A stretch of 64,000 bases of DNA from contig NC_058368.1 of NCBI RefSeq assembly GCF_018350175.1, positions 135,658,001 through 135,722,000 of the forward strand, in the 5' to 3' direction. The DNA comes from Felis catus (lineage: Eukaryota). The notes below the pieces were generated by a model. The model worked only from the letters and a program-made list of their open reading frames with translations. It made no database searches and was not told where the DNA came from. The position numbers were made by a program, and so were the translations under genes. This document shows, piece after piece, positions 1 to 11,426 of this stretch (positions are counted from its first letter, which is position 1; each line of letters opens with the position of its first letter).

Positions 1-389
1 GAAGTCCATTCATACTCCCTGATTCTACACATATTTCTCCTATGTGCCATGTGCTACCCTAGGCCTTAGGAGTAGTATTAGGCATGCGAATCGAATGTTG
101 GTGTCAAACAATTTGGAGCCCAGCTTTGGAGGGTACACTAGTCAGCAATTAAAGAAGTTTAATGAGGTTTGAGCACATTAGTGTATAATAGGTTTAATAA
201 GTACAGGGTCCTGGAGAAGCATGAAAGAAGAGTATTTGGGGAAGAAGGCATCTTAAATTTATCTTAAATTGTAGTTATAATCAGTCCTACAGAATCCCTC
301 TTCCTACCCCCTACCCTTGACTAACTTACAGAAATTTTCTGAGAACCATTCTTCATGAGCATTTCTAACATTAACTTTTGTTGCCGTAG

Positions 390-563
<174 letters not shown>

Positions 564-828
564 TAAATGAATAGTTTATTTTCAAGGAGTTGATTTTTTT
601 TTTATATATAATGTTATTGTTTTAAGTGTATTAATACTTGAGAGAGAGAGAACACCAAGAGAATGAGGGGGAGGGAGAAAGAGAACAACAAGCAGACTCC
701 ACGCTGGCAACGGTGTGGAGCCCAACACAGGGCTCTGTCCCACGAATTCTGAGATCCGTGACCTGAGCCAAAACTGAGGCGCTTAACCAACTGAGCCACC
801 CAAGTACCCTTGGAATTATTTTAAGTGA

Positions 829-1005
<177 letters not shown>

Positions 1006-1041
1006 CTTGTAAACTTGAGTTGGAGTACTATAATAACTACA

Positions 1042-1105
1042 AATAAAATTGGCACCATGTGCCATCTGTACATATTATATGTTACGTTTACTTACTTTTA
1101 ATAAA
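1042..1105 (+). promoter_or_regulatory. CCNB1 3' UTR control module: AATAAA, Pumilio element, CPE overlapping AATAAA
   Basis: AATAAA 1042-1047, TGTACATA 1067-1074, TTTTAAT 1096-1102 overlapping AATAAA 1100-1105, followed by a GT/T-rich tract. Confidence 0.75.
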
Positions 1106-1567
1106 GTTTGTGGTCCTTTTTATTTCTTACACCTTAACTCATTTGAATGTGGCTACTTCCTACTCAAGGGTAACCAAAAAGGTGTGTTAAAGATACGATG
1201 GGGAATATAAAAAGTGCTTTCAGTTTATTGGGACCCAGCACATATATATAATTGTTACTTGTGTGGTGTTTGTTTTATGTACCTGGCTTTGCATTCTTGT
1301 ATGAATTACTATGGTCATGAAGGCATTTAAAGCCGTTCTCTAGGGCATACTGCATGTAAGCCCAATTATCTTGGAGAATATGCTGCCTTATTCTGTCAAA
1401 GATCTGCCACCTTACCCCTAGTCCTCCTGTTTTCTGTTTCTTGTGGTGGTTGCTGCCATAATTCTAAGTTGTTTTTACTTCTACCACTATTTCTTAAACT
1501 ATCAACTTTTTTATTTGCAAAAATAAGAACTTTATATTCTACACTTTTTCACTTTCTTGATTGATCA

Positions 1568-1573
1568 AATAAA
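1568..1573 (+). terminator. Candidate distal CCNB1 polyadenylation signal
   Basis: AATAAA preceded by T-rich sequence. Confidence 0.5.
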
Positions 1574-2239
1574 AGCAGATCCTCAAAACACATAAAAGTA
1601 TCTAAAAAAAAAAGTTAATTTACTCCCCACCCCCTACTCTTACAGCTCAATCCCATCCATCTGAAGGCACCAACAACAGTTTGGGGTGTATCCTTCTTTG
1701 CTTCTATAAATACAAATATGCTTATAAATAAGTTGTTAGGGGGATTTCTAAAAAATGGAATCATTCTATATATAAGCAATTCCTTTTAACATGTATAGGC
1801 CTTACCTGTGTGTGGGCATTTCCATTCCATAATATGGATAAACTATAGGTTATCCATTCTGTTGATCTTCCTCTTTGCTCCTACAGATAAACCTGTTGAT
1901 CATTAAATACCATGCTTTCCTTTTTGTACTCTGGGTTCGCTAGGTATGTGCATTCTAAGTTTTGGCAGGTGCTGCCAGATGACTCTCAAGTGTCATCAGC
2001 AATGTACAAAAGTGCTGGATTTCTCTGCTTCCTTGCCAGAACCGAAGATAATGATTCTCCAATTTCTGTGAATTTGGCAAGAAATAATCTAAGTTGTTTG
2101 CTGTCCTAATTTTTTAATTCTGATGGCTAGGTTGAATAAATTTTTGTTGATATGTAAGGTTTTTCCATTTTGTCATTTGTCTTTTGATTGTTTATGCTCT
2201 TTTGCCATGCAGACACTGAAGTTTTTATATTGTCAAATC

Positions 2240-2474
2240 TTGTTTTTTTTTTTTTTAATTTTTTTTTTCAACGTTTATTTATTTTTTGGGACAGAGAGAG
2301 ACAGAGCATGAACGGGGGAGGGGCAGAGAGAGAGGGAGACACAGAATCGGAAATAGGCTCCAGGCTCTGAGCCATCAGCCCAGAGCCCGACGCGGGGCTC
2401 GAACTGACAAACCATGAGATCATGACCTGAGCTGAAGTAGGACACTTAACCAACTGAGCCATCCAGGTGCCCCT
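2240..2474 (-). mobile_element. CanSINE, chimeric (young 3' half, old 5' half)
   Basis: Reverse-complement CanSINE whose subfamily-diagnostic bases switch near 2405. Confidence 0.9.
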
Positions 2475-3182
2475 CAAAGTAAATTTTAGATGTCAAGATA
2501 AGGTCCCCTTAACATACTAGGTCATGCATCTCCTAAGAATTCAGTCATTTTCCTAAATAACCACAATCTTCATCATGCTAAGACAATTAACAACTTCTAT
2601 GTGTAATATGCAGTGTGTGTTCAAATTTTCTCCGTTGTCCCAAAATGTTTTACAAACTTTTTTTTTCCAATTTAGGTTCCAACTAAAATTAATTTGTTTC
2701 CATATACATGCTTTTTGTTTTTCAAGGCATGGACATGAACTGTCTAGTCCATTTGTCTTATAGAATGTCCCTCATTTTAGATTTCTTGTCTGATTTTTTT
2801 TTTTTTGTCTGATTGTTTTTTGATAGTTAAATTCAGGTTATGCATTCCCCAAGAATATAGGTGATTTGTACAACGTATGCATATTGGAGTTAAATATTAG
2901 TTGTTACTACTGAAGATACTGTGTTTGATCATCCGGTTAAGGTGGTAACCACCTGATAAAGCTTTGCTGTAAAGGCGCTGTTCTCTTTAGTTTTATTATT
3001 CATTAATATTAACTTTGAAACCAACACCTCACTAGAAATGACATGATGTATTACTTAATTGCATTATCCCTTCTATATTATTAGAGATTCTCTAAAGAAT
3101 AGCTCCACACTCACATCTGTCCCTTTTTGTTTTACTATGGATTAAAAAAAACAAACAAACAAAAAACCTTTGTTATAAAGCA

Positions 3183-3514
3183 TAGTGCTTCTCAAAGTGT
3201 CATCCCGAACCAGCAGCATGAACATCACCTGGGCATTTGTTAGAGACATAAATCATAATCAAAACTTGGGAGAGACACCAAGCAATCTTTTTTTTTTTTT
3301 TTTTAATTTTTGAAATTCCAGTATAACAGTGTTACGTTAGTTTCAGGTGTACAATGTAGTGATTCAACAATTCTCCACATTACTCAGTGTTCTGCACAGT
3401 AACTGTGCTTTTAATCCCCTTCACCTATTTCACCCATCTCCCCATCCACCTAGTAGTCTGTTTTAAACCAGTCCTCCCCATGATTCTCATTCCTGCTCAG
3501 ATGGAGAACTACTG
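3183..3514. mobile_element. MER5A-like hAT MITE split by an antisense L1 3' fragment (about 3288-3450)
   Basis: Termini tagtgcttctcaaagtg ... gagaactactg and internal ccagcagcatgaacatcacctggg resemble MER5A. The insert is a poly-T plus carnivore L1 3' end. Confidence 0.65.
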
Positions 3515-4480
3515 CATTGTCTTTGTCCCAGATTCGGCCTTGGACACCTGATAGGTTTAAAAGGATGAGCTTCATGTGAGATACTGGAAGACGTCCAGGG
3601 TAAAGCCAAAGCACAAGATTTTTTTTTTGTATAAAACAAATAATGGGGGGTGGGGGTGCCTGGGTGGCCCAGTCTGTTAAGCGACTTACTCTTAATTTCG
3701 GGTCAGGACATGATCTTATGGTTCATGGTTTCCAGCCTGGCATCCGGCTCTCTTGCTGTCAGCACGTAGGGCTTCAGATCCTGTCTCCCCCTCTCTCTGC
3801 CCTTTCGTCTCTCTCTGCCTCTATCTCTAAATAAGTAAACATAAAAAAGGAAGAAAAGAAAGGAAACCATGTTTTTCCAGGAGTTTGTGGGTAGGAGTGG
3901 CGAACCTAACGTCGTATTTACATTCCTGTCTTTGCACTCAATGCCGGTAGCTGTTACTTTGATAATGAAGAGGAAGAAAGGAGAGAGCACTGTGTGATCA
4001 AGTGTAACTGAGCGGAAACTAGTTCTACGAGGGGAATGCTCGGCTCCCTTGTTCAAAGAGGTCTGAGTTGCTGTGCTTGTGCTACAAGGCTAGAGTGTCC
4101 CTTACACGACCGACCCTAATGAAAAACTACCAATCAATGGGGCGATTTACGTCCCACATTGTCTCCATTAGCCGCTCATTTAGCTGCCCAGCTAAAAAAG
4201 CTTGATTGCAAGCTGATAAATCGACAAGGTGGCACTTGGGGGCACAGGACTGTTATAAGAATGAATCTTGCGGATAGTGAAATTTCACGCTGCGAGTCTG
4301 GGGTTCAAGTATATGCACTGACTCATAGCGGGCTTTAAGTTATCTCTGAACTCTAGCCACTGTTCTCCGCCAAATGAGGGAGTCTGGACACTATGAGCTC
4401 AGATGGAAAGTCTACTTAAACAACCTTCCGGTGTTTCCCTTTCCAAGCCCGCGAATGTTAAGGGAGTACCAAGATGGGTT

Positions 4481-4489
4481 AAAAAAAAA

Positions 4490-4520
<31 letters not shown>

Positions 4521-4559
4521 AAACAAAAAACATACACACACAAAAAAAACCCACAAAAC
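4481..4559. repeat. A-rich tract upstream of CENPH
   Basis: A20-C-A16 followed by further A/C runs. Confidence 0.9.
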
Positions 4560-4589
4560 TGTCTCGAAGATCTCCTGTCCCAGAGCCAA

Positions 4590-5200
4590 GGATGAACGAC
4601 CATTTATGTCGGAGTTTTCTAGCCTGTTCCTGGGCGCCGGGGTGTGTCCCAAAGGGCTGTAGCCCAACTCCTAGCCCAGCACTCGACAGAGCTGATGCTT
4701 AAAGTTCAACTTTTCTTATTAGTGATCTGTAATGGTTGCAAATACTAGCCAGGACTAGAGAAACAGAAGTAACCACGGCAACCAGGGGACGGGACGGAAG
4801 GGGTGGAGCCGTGGAGCGGAAGGGGCCGGACGGGAAGCGACGGTCCTCCGGCCCTTTCCGGGAGACAATTTAGTGGCGGGAAGATAGGCCTCTGAGGCTG
4901 CATCTTCCCGTCCCAGGCCGTACCTCCCAGCGCCAGTCAGAATGGAGATGCAACCCAGGGGACAAGCGGCCACCGAGTCCCCGGACTCCGGAGGCGGGGA
5001 AGGCAGGCCACCACAGGTCGCCGGCGCCCAGGAGGCACGTCCCGAGGACCGCCTGACCCTGCTGCTCAGGTTGTTCCCTCTGGCTCGCTCGGCCGCATCC
5101 AAGTGGGCGTCGTGGGCGAGAGCTCTATCCTTAGCTCTCAGAGCCCCTAAGGCTGCGAATTCTGACTCGGTCGCTTCGTGGCAGTGCCCTCGAGTCATTC
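4590..5200 (+). promoter_or_regulatory. CENPH CpG-island promoter
   Basis: CpG-dense region spanning exon 1, with an E2F-type TGGCGGGAA at 4874-4882 and several CGGAAG ETS cores. Confidence 0.8.
4942..5069 (+). CDS. CENPH: Centromere protein H, exon 1
   Basis: MEMQPRGQAATESPDSGGGEGRPPQVAGAQEARPEDRLTLLL(R). Donor CAG|gttgtt, phase 2, joins exon 2 to read ...LLLRLRAQTK. Confidence 0.93.
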
Positions 5201-5589
5201 ATTTAAACGCCTTAAGCACCGTTCTTAATCTTAGAAACAGAGGAAGATTACACCTTCCTAGTAGAGATGCAGTGGGGGTTAAATGAGCTACTCAGAGGCA
5301 AGCGTTTAGCACAGAGACCAGGGCCCTTAAGGCCTTCGGAGCTGTAATTTCCTCTCCTTTTCTCGTGCACTCACGTCCTGGGCTCCCGATTTTCCAGCGC
5401 GTAGTGAGGTGCATCTAAGGCCTCAGCTACTTGCATAAACATTGTCTTTCCTCTTTGTTTTTATGGTTATGACCCTTTTCAATCTAGAAGCCTCATTTGT
5501 TATATTTCTCTACCAAGAGGATGATTGATGTTTATACGTTTCCACCAAGCAGTTGCTACGGGAAGATGTGATGAGAAAGGATATCATTC

Positions 5590-6117
5590 CGGTGGGCAAA
5601 CAATGGCACAGGGCCAAGTCTACTCTACTGCCTGTTCTGGTGTGGCCTCTCAAGCTAGGAATAATGTTTATGTTGGGGCGCCCGGGTGGCTCAGTCGGTT
5701 AAGCGTCCGACTTCGGCTCAGGTCATGATCTTACGGTTCCTGAGTTCGAGCCCCGAATCGGGCTCTGTGCTGACAGCTGGGAGCCTGGAGCCTGCTTCCG
5801 ATTCTGTCTCCCTCTCTCTCTGACCCTCCCCCGTTCATGCTCTGTCTCAAAGATAAATAAACATTAAAAAAAAAAAAATACAAGAATAATGTTTATGTTA
5901 TTAAGTAGTTGGGACAAAAAAATTTCCTGGAGGAAAATTAAAAACACGTGAAAATTATTTGAAATTCTAATTTCAGTGCCCTTAAGAAAGAGTTTATTGG
6001 AACAACTTTTCCTGCTACAGGGTATGAGTTGAGTAGCTCCAGCAGAGACCTTATGAATCACAAAGACTAAAATGTTTGTTGTTTGGCCTCTACAGAAAAA
6101 AATTTGTTCTAAACCCT
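5590..6117. mobile_element. MER58-type hAT MITE interrupted by a CanSINE (5675-5883)
   Basis: ggtgggcaaac...gggccaa start and ttggcctctacagaaaaaatttg end. The SINE is flanked by TSD gaataatgtttatgtt (5659-5674 and 5884-5899). Confidence 0.65.
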
Positions 6118-7401
6118 AACAAAAGTTTTTTTTGTTTTGTTTTGCTTTAACTCCCCAAAGCATTGTAACTATTTTAGATTTACCACTGCTTTGAAAGGTC
6201 TTGGCTACTAAGCCTCACAACCTTGCTTTAAAAATTCCTTCATACCTACAATATAAAATGCTAAAATATTAAAGATAAAAGATCGCCTTTTGGGGCGCTT
6301 GGGTGGCTCAGTCGGTTGTTAACTCTTGGTTTCAGCTCCGGTTATGATCTCATGGTTCTGAGTTCGAATCCTGAATCCGGATTTTGCTTGGGATTCTCTC
6401 TCTCTGCCCCTTCTCTACTTGCTCTCTCTCGCTGTCTCTCAAAAATTGATAAACTTAAAAAAAGAAGAGATCAGGGGTACCTGGGTGGCTTAGTCCGTTA
6501 AGCGTCCCACTTCAGCTCAGGTCATGATCTCGCGGTTCCTGAGTTCTAGCCCTGCCTGGGGCTCTGTGCTGACAGCTCGGGGCCTGGAGCCTGCTTTGGA
6601 TTCTGTGTCTCCCTCTCTCTCCGCCCCTCCCCCGCTCATGCTCTGTCTCTCTCTCAAAAATAAATAAACATTAGGAAATTAAAAGAAAAAAAATAAGAGA
6701 TCACCTTTTGTATCTCAGGTAAAAGGAAACTGTTCCTACAGTGTCTTAAAATGCTAGCCTACCTTCTTAACCTATAAGAAATCGTTCTTTTCATTTGGAA
6801 CTTTAAATCTAAGGAATTTATACCATGGAGATTTAGAAATCTGTCTAATGTTACTTAGCTACTTATGTAGGTCTCAAAGTCACAGAGCAGTTTCAGAATT
6901 ATGAAACTACCATGTAAATGTAAAACTTGTTAAGTATAACTTAATAACTAGTTAGCATCTTACCCATAGCTTTTCTACTTATTTTATGTATGATCTTGAA
7001 TTAACTACAATCATAGGACGACTGAGAAACTATATGAATTATCTATCCAAGGAGTAGTATCTTTGTTATTTTTCTCTGTCTCCTAAAAATGTTACAGTCT
7101 GTTTTTAAACTCATTACAGTGTTTGCAGTTTTCACCATTTTGATCTGTTTGTGTGGCCCATATTTATTTCTTCAGTGTGGCATATTAAGAATAAATTTAA
7201 AAGTCAAACTTTTAACTTTTATTCTTAGATGCTGTTTCCCCACTGGATTCCATTTTGTGTTTTGTGTCTTATTCTGAGGACTTTTTTATTTTTTAAGATT
7301 TTAGTTTTAAACAATCTCTACACCCAACATGGGGCTTGAACTCACCACCGCAAGATCAAGAGTCCCATGCTCCACCACCTGAGCCAGCCAGGCACCCCAT
7401 A

Positions 7402-8046
7402 AGATTTCGGTGTAGTTGACACAGTGTTGCATTAGCTTCAGTTGTACAACTCACTGATTTGAAGTTTGTACATTATGCTGTGTTCGCCAGGAGTATAGCT
7501 ACCATCTGTCCCATGATATCACTATTACAACATCATTGACTGTATTCCTCATGCTCTGCCTTTTATTCCCGGGACATGCTCATTCTATAACTGGAGGCCT
7601 GTATCTCCCTCTCCCCTTCACCCATTTTGCCCAGCCCCCACCCACCTTCCTTTTCTCTGGCAACCATTAGTTCTCTGTATTTATAGTGTTGATTCTGATT
7701 TTTGTTTATTCATTTTTTCCCTTAGATTGCATTTATGTGTGGAATTATATGGTATTTATCTTTCTCAGTCTGACTTATTTCATTTAATATAATACCTTTT
7801 TGGTCTCAAATGGCACGATCTCATACTTTATGGCTGTGTAATACTCAATACTGTGTGTGTGTAGGTATATATATATACATACACACATTTTCCTTATCTG
7901 TTCATCTACTGATGGACATTTAGGTTGATTCCATGTCTTGGTTATTGTAAATAATGCTGCAGTAAACAGAGGACTGCATATATCTTTTGGAGTTAGTGTT
8001 TTTGTGTTCCTTGGTTAAATACCAAATGGAATTATTGGATCATTTG

Positions 8047-8089
<43 letters not shown>

Positions 8090-10666
8090 TTGAGAGAGGG
8101 AGTGTGAGCAGGGAAGGGGCAGAGAGAGAGGAGGGAGAGAATCTTAAGCAGGCTCTATGCTCAGCACAGAGCCTGACGTGGGACTTGAAATCATGGCCAT
8201 GAGATCATGACCTGAGCTGAAATCAAGAGGTAGATGCTTAACAGATTGAGCCACCAGGCCCCCCTCATCATGTGGTATTTCTGTTTTTTAATTTTTCCAG
8301 GAACTTCCATACTGTTTTTCACAGTGGCTGTACTAATTTACATTCCCACCAACAGCACACGAGGGTCCTCGCCAACACTTGTTTCTTGTCTTTTATTTTA
8401 GCCATTCTAACAGATGTGAGTGATCTCATTGTGGTTATGATTTGTTTCCCTGATGATTAGTCATTTTGAGCATCTTTTCACATGTCTGTTAGCCATCTGT
8501 ATGTCTTCTTTGGAAAAATGTCTCTTCGGGTTGCCTGCCCATTTCTTAATCAGATTGTTCGTGTTTTTGGTATTGAGTTGTGCAACTTTTTTGTATATTT
8601 TTGATATTAACCCCTTATCAGATATATCATTTGCAAATATCTTTTTCCATTCAAGTAGGTTGTTCTTTTTGTTGATGGTTTCCTTTGCTATGCAAAACTT
8701 TGTATTTTGATGTAATCCCAATAGTTTATTTTTTTTTCAACGTTTTTTTTTGTTTTTTGTTTTTTGTTTTTTTTTTTTTTGGGACAGAGAGAGACAGAGC
8801 ATGAACGGGGGAGGGGCAGAGAGAGAGGGAGACACAGAATCGGAAACAGGCTCCAGGCTCTGAGCCATCAGCCCAGAGCCTGACGCGGGGCTCGAACTCA
8901 CGGACCGCGAGATCGTGACCTGGCTGAAGTCGGACGCTTAACCGACTGCGCCACCCAGGCGCCCCTCCAATAGTTAATTTTTTAAAAATGTTTATTTATT
9001 TATTTTGAAAAAAGAGAGTGCATGTTTGCTTGCACACGTGCAGGAGGGGTAGAGAGAAGGGAAGAGAGAGAATCACAAGTAGACTCCTCACTGTCAGCAC
9101 AGAGCCCATTGTGGGGCTCAGTCTCATGAACTGTTGAGATCATGACCTGAGCCAAAGTCAAGAATCCAACACTCAGTTGACTGAGCCACCCACGCGCCCC
9201 AAGTTTATTTTTATGTATGGTGTTAGGAAGAAGTCTAGGTTATTTTGCATGTAGCTGTCCGGTTTTCCTAGCACCATTTATTGAAAAGACTGTCTTTTCT
9301 CCATTGTATATTCTTGCTTCCTTTGTCACAGATTAATTATCTCTATACATGTGGGTTTATTTCTGGGGTCTCTCTTCTGTTCCATTGATCTATTTCTCTG
9401 TTTTTGTGATAGCACCATACTGCTTTGATCTGTATAGTTTTGTCGTATATCATGATATCTGGAATTGTGAAAGCTCCAGGTTCATTCTTCTTTCTCAGGT
9501 TTGTTTTGGCTATTTGAGGTCTTCTGTGGTTCCCTACAAATTTTAGTATTAATTGTTCTAGTTTAATGAAAAATGCTGTTGGTATTTTGGTAGGGATTGC
9601 ATTGAATCTGTAGATTGCTTTGAGTAGTATGGACATTTTGGCAATATTTTAAAACATTTTTTTAATGTTTATTTTTGAGAAAGAGATAATGTCAGCGGGG
9701 GAGGGCCAGGAAGAGAGAGTGGGACAGAGGATCTGCTCTGTGCTGACGGCAAACTGCCCCATGCAGGGCTCAAACTCATGAACCTTGAGATCATGACCTG
9801 AGCCGAAGTCAGATGCTTAACTGACTGTGCCATCCAGGTGCCCCTTGGCAATATTCTTTTAACAGATGAACATGGAATATCTTTACCTTTGCTTGTGCCA
9901 TCATCAAGTTTCTTTCATCAGTGTTTTATAATTTTCAGAGTACATGTCTTTCACCTCTTTGGTCAAGTTTATTCCTAGTTATTTTATTCCTTTTGGTGCA
10001 GTTGTAAATGGTGTTGTTTTTTAAAAATATCTCTTTCTGTGACATTGTTAGTATATAGAAATGCTACTGATTTCTGGGTATTAATTTTAAATACTGCCTC
10101 TTTACTGAATTCATTTATTACTTCCAGTAGGTTTTTTGGTTGAATCTTCAGGGTTTTCTATGTATAGTATCCTGTTGTCTGCGAATACTGACAGTTTAAC
10201 ATACTTACCGATATGGATGCCTCATTTCTTTTTCTTGTCTGATTGCTATGGAGAGGACTTCCAGTACTATGTTGAGTAAAGATGGGTCAAAGTGGACATC
10301 CTCATCTTGTCACCTTAGAGGAAAACTCTCCATTTTTCACCATAGAGTATGATATTAGCTGTGGGTTTTTCATGGAAGACTTTTATTATGTTGAGATATG
10401 TTCCCTCTAACTCTAATTTGTTGAGAGTTTTTTATCATGAATGAATGTTTAATTGTGTCAAATGATTTTCCTGCTTCTATTGAGATGATCATATGATTTT
10501 TATCCTTTGTATTGTAGATGTGTATGACATTTATTGATTGGCAAATATTGAACTACCCTTGCATCCCTAGAATAAATCCCACCTGATCATGGTGAATGAT
10601 TTTTTAAAAATGTTTATTTATTTATTTTGAGAGAGAGTGTGTGTGTGTGTGTGTGAGTGGAGGAGG

Positions 10667-10710
<44 letters not shown>

Positions 10711-11321
10711 ATCCCAAGTGAGGCTCGAATTCACTGACCATGAAATATGACCTGAGCCAAAACCAATAGTCAGACACTTAATCAACTGAGCCACCCAGGT
10801 GCCCCAGTGAATGATTTTTTTTTTTAATTTATTTTTGAGAGAAAGAGAGAGAGAGAGGGAGGGATGTGGGAGGAACAAAGAGAGAGGGAGACAGAATCCC
10901 AAGCAGGCTCTTTGTTCACAGCCTTGAACACCGGGCTTGAACCCGTGAACTTAACTGACTGAGCTACCCACGTGCTCCCATGAATATTTTTTTTTTAATT
11001 TTTTTTTTTTAACATTTATTTTTGAGACAGAGAGAGACAGAGCATGAATGGGGGAAGGTCAGAGAGAGGGAGACACAGAATCTGAAACAGGCTCTAGGCT
11101 CTGAGCTGTCAGCACAGGGCCCAATGGGGGGCTCGAACTCACAGACCATGAGATCATGACCTGAGCTGAAGTCGGAGGCTTAACTGACTGAGCTACCCAG
11201 GCGCTCCAATGATATTTTTAATGTATCGTTGTATGTGGTTTGCTAATATTTTGTTGAGGATCTTTGCATCTGTGTTTATCAGGGATATATTAGCCTGTAA
11301 TTCTTTTGTGTGGTGTCCTTT

Positions 11322-11357
<36 letters not shown>

Positions 11358-11390
11358 AGAGAAATAGAGACAGAGCATAATCGGTGGAGG

Positions 11391-11426
<36 letters not shown>

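Noticed and set aside
4755..5198. 147-aa antisense ORF over CENPH exon 1
   Set aside because: The GC-rich island has few stop codons, and the ORF has no recognisable domain.
8461..9636. Reverse-transcriptase-like ORFs suggesting a functional element
   Set aside because: These are fragments of L1 ORF2 broken by stops, frameshifts and SINE insertions.
10592..11222. Short direct repeats separated by spacers (CRISPR-like layout)
   Set aside because: The repeats are target-site duplications and the spacers are SINEs, in a mammalian context with no cas genes.
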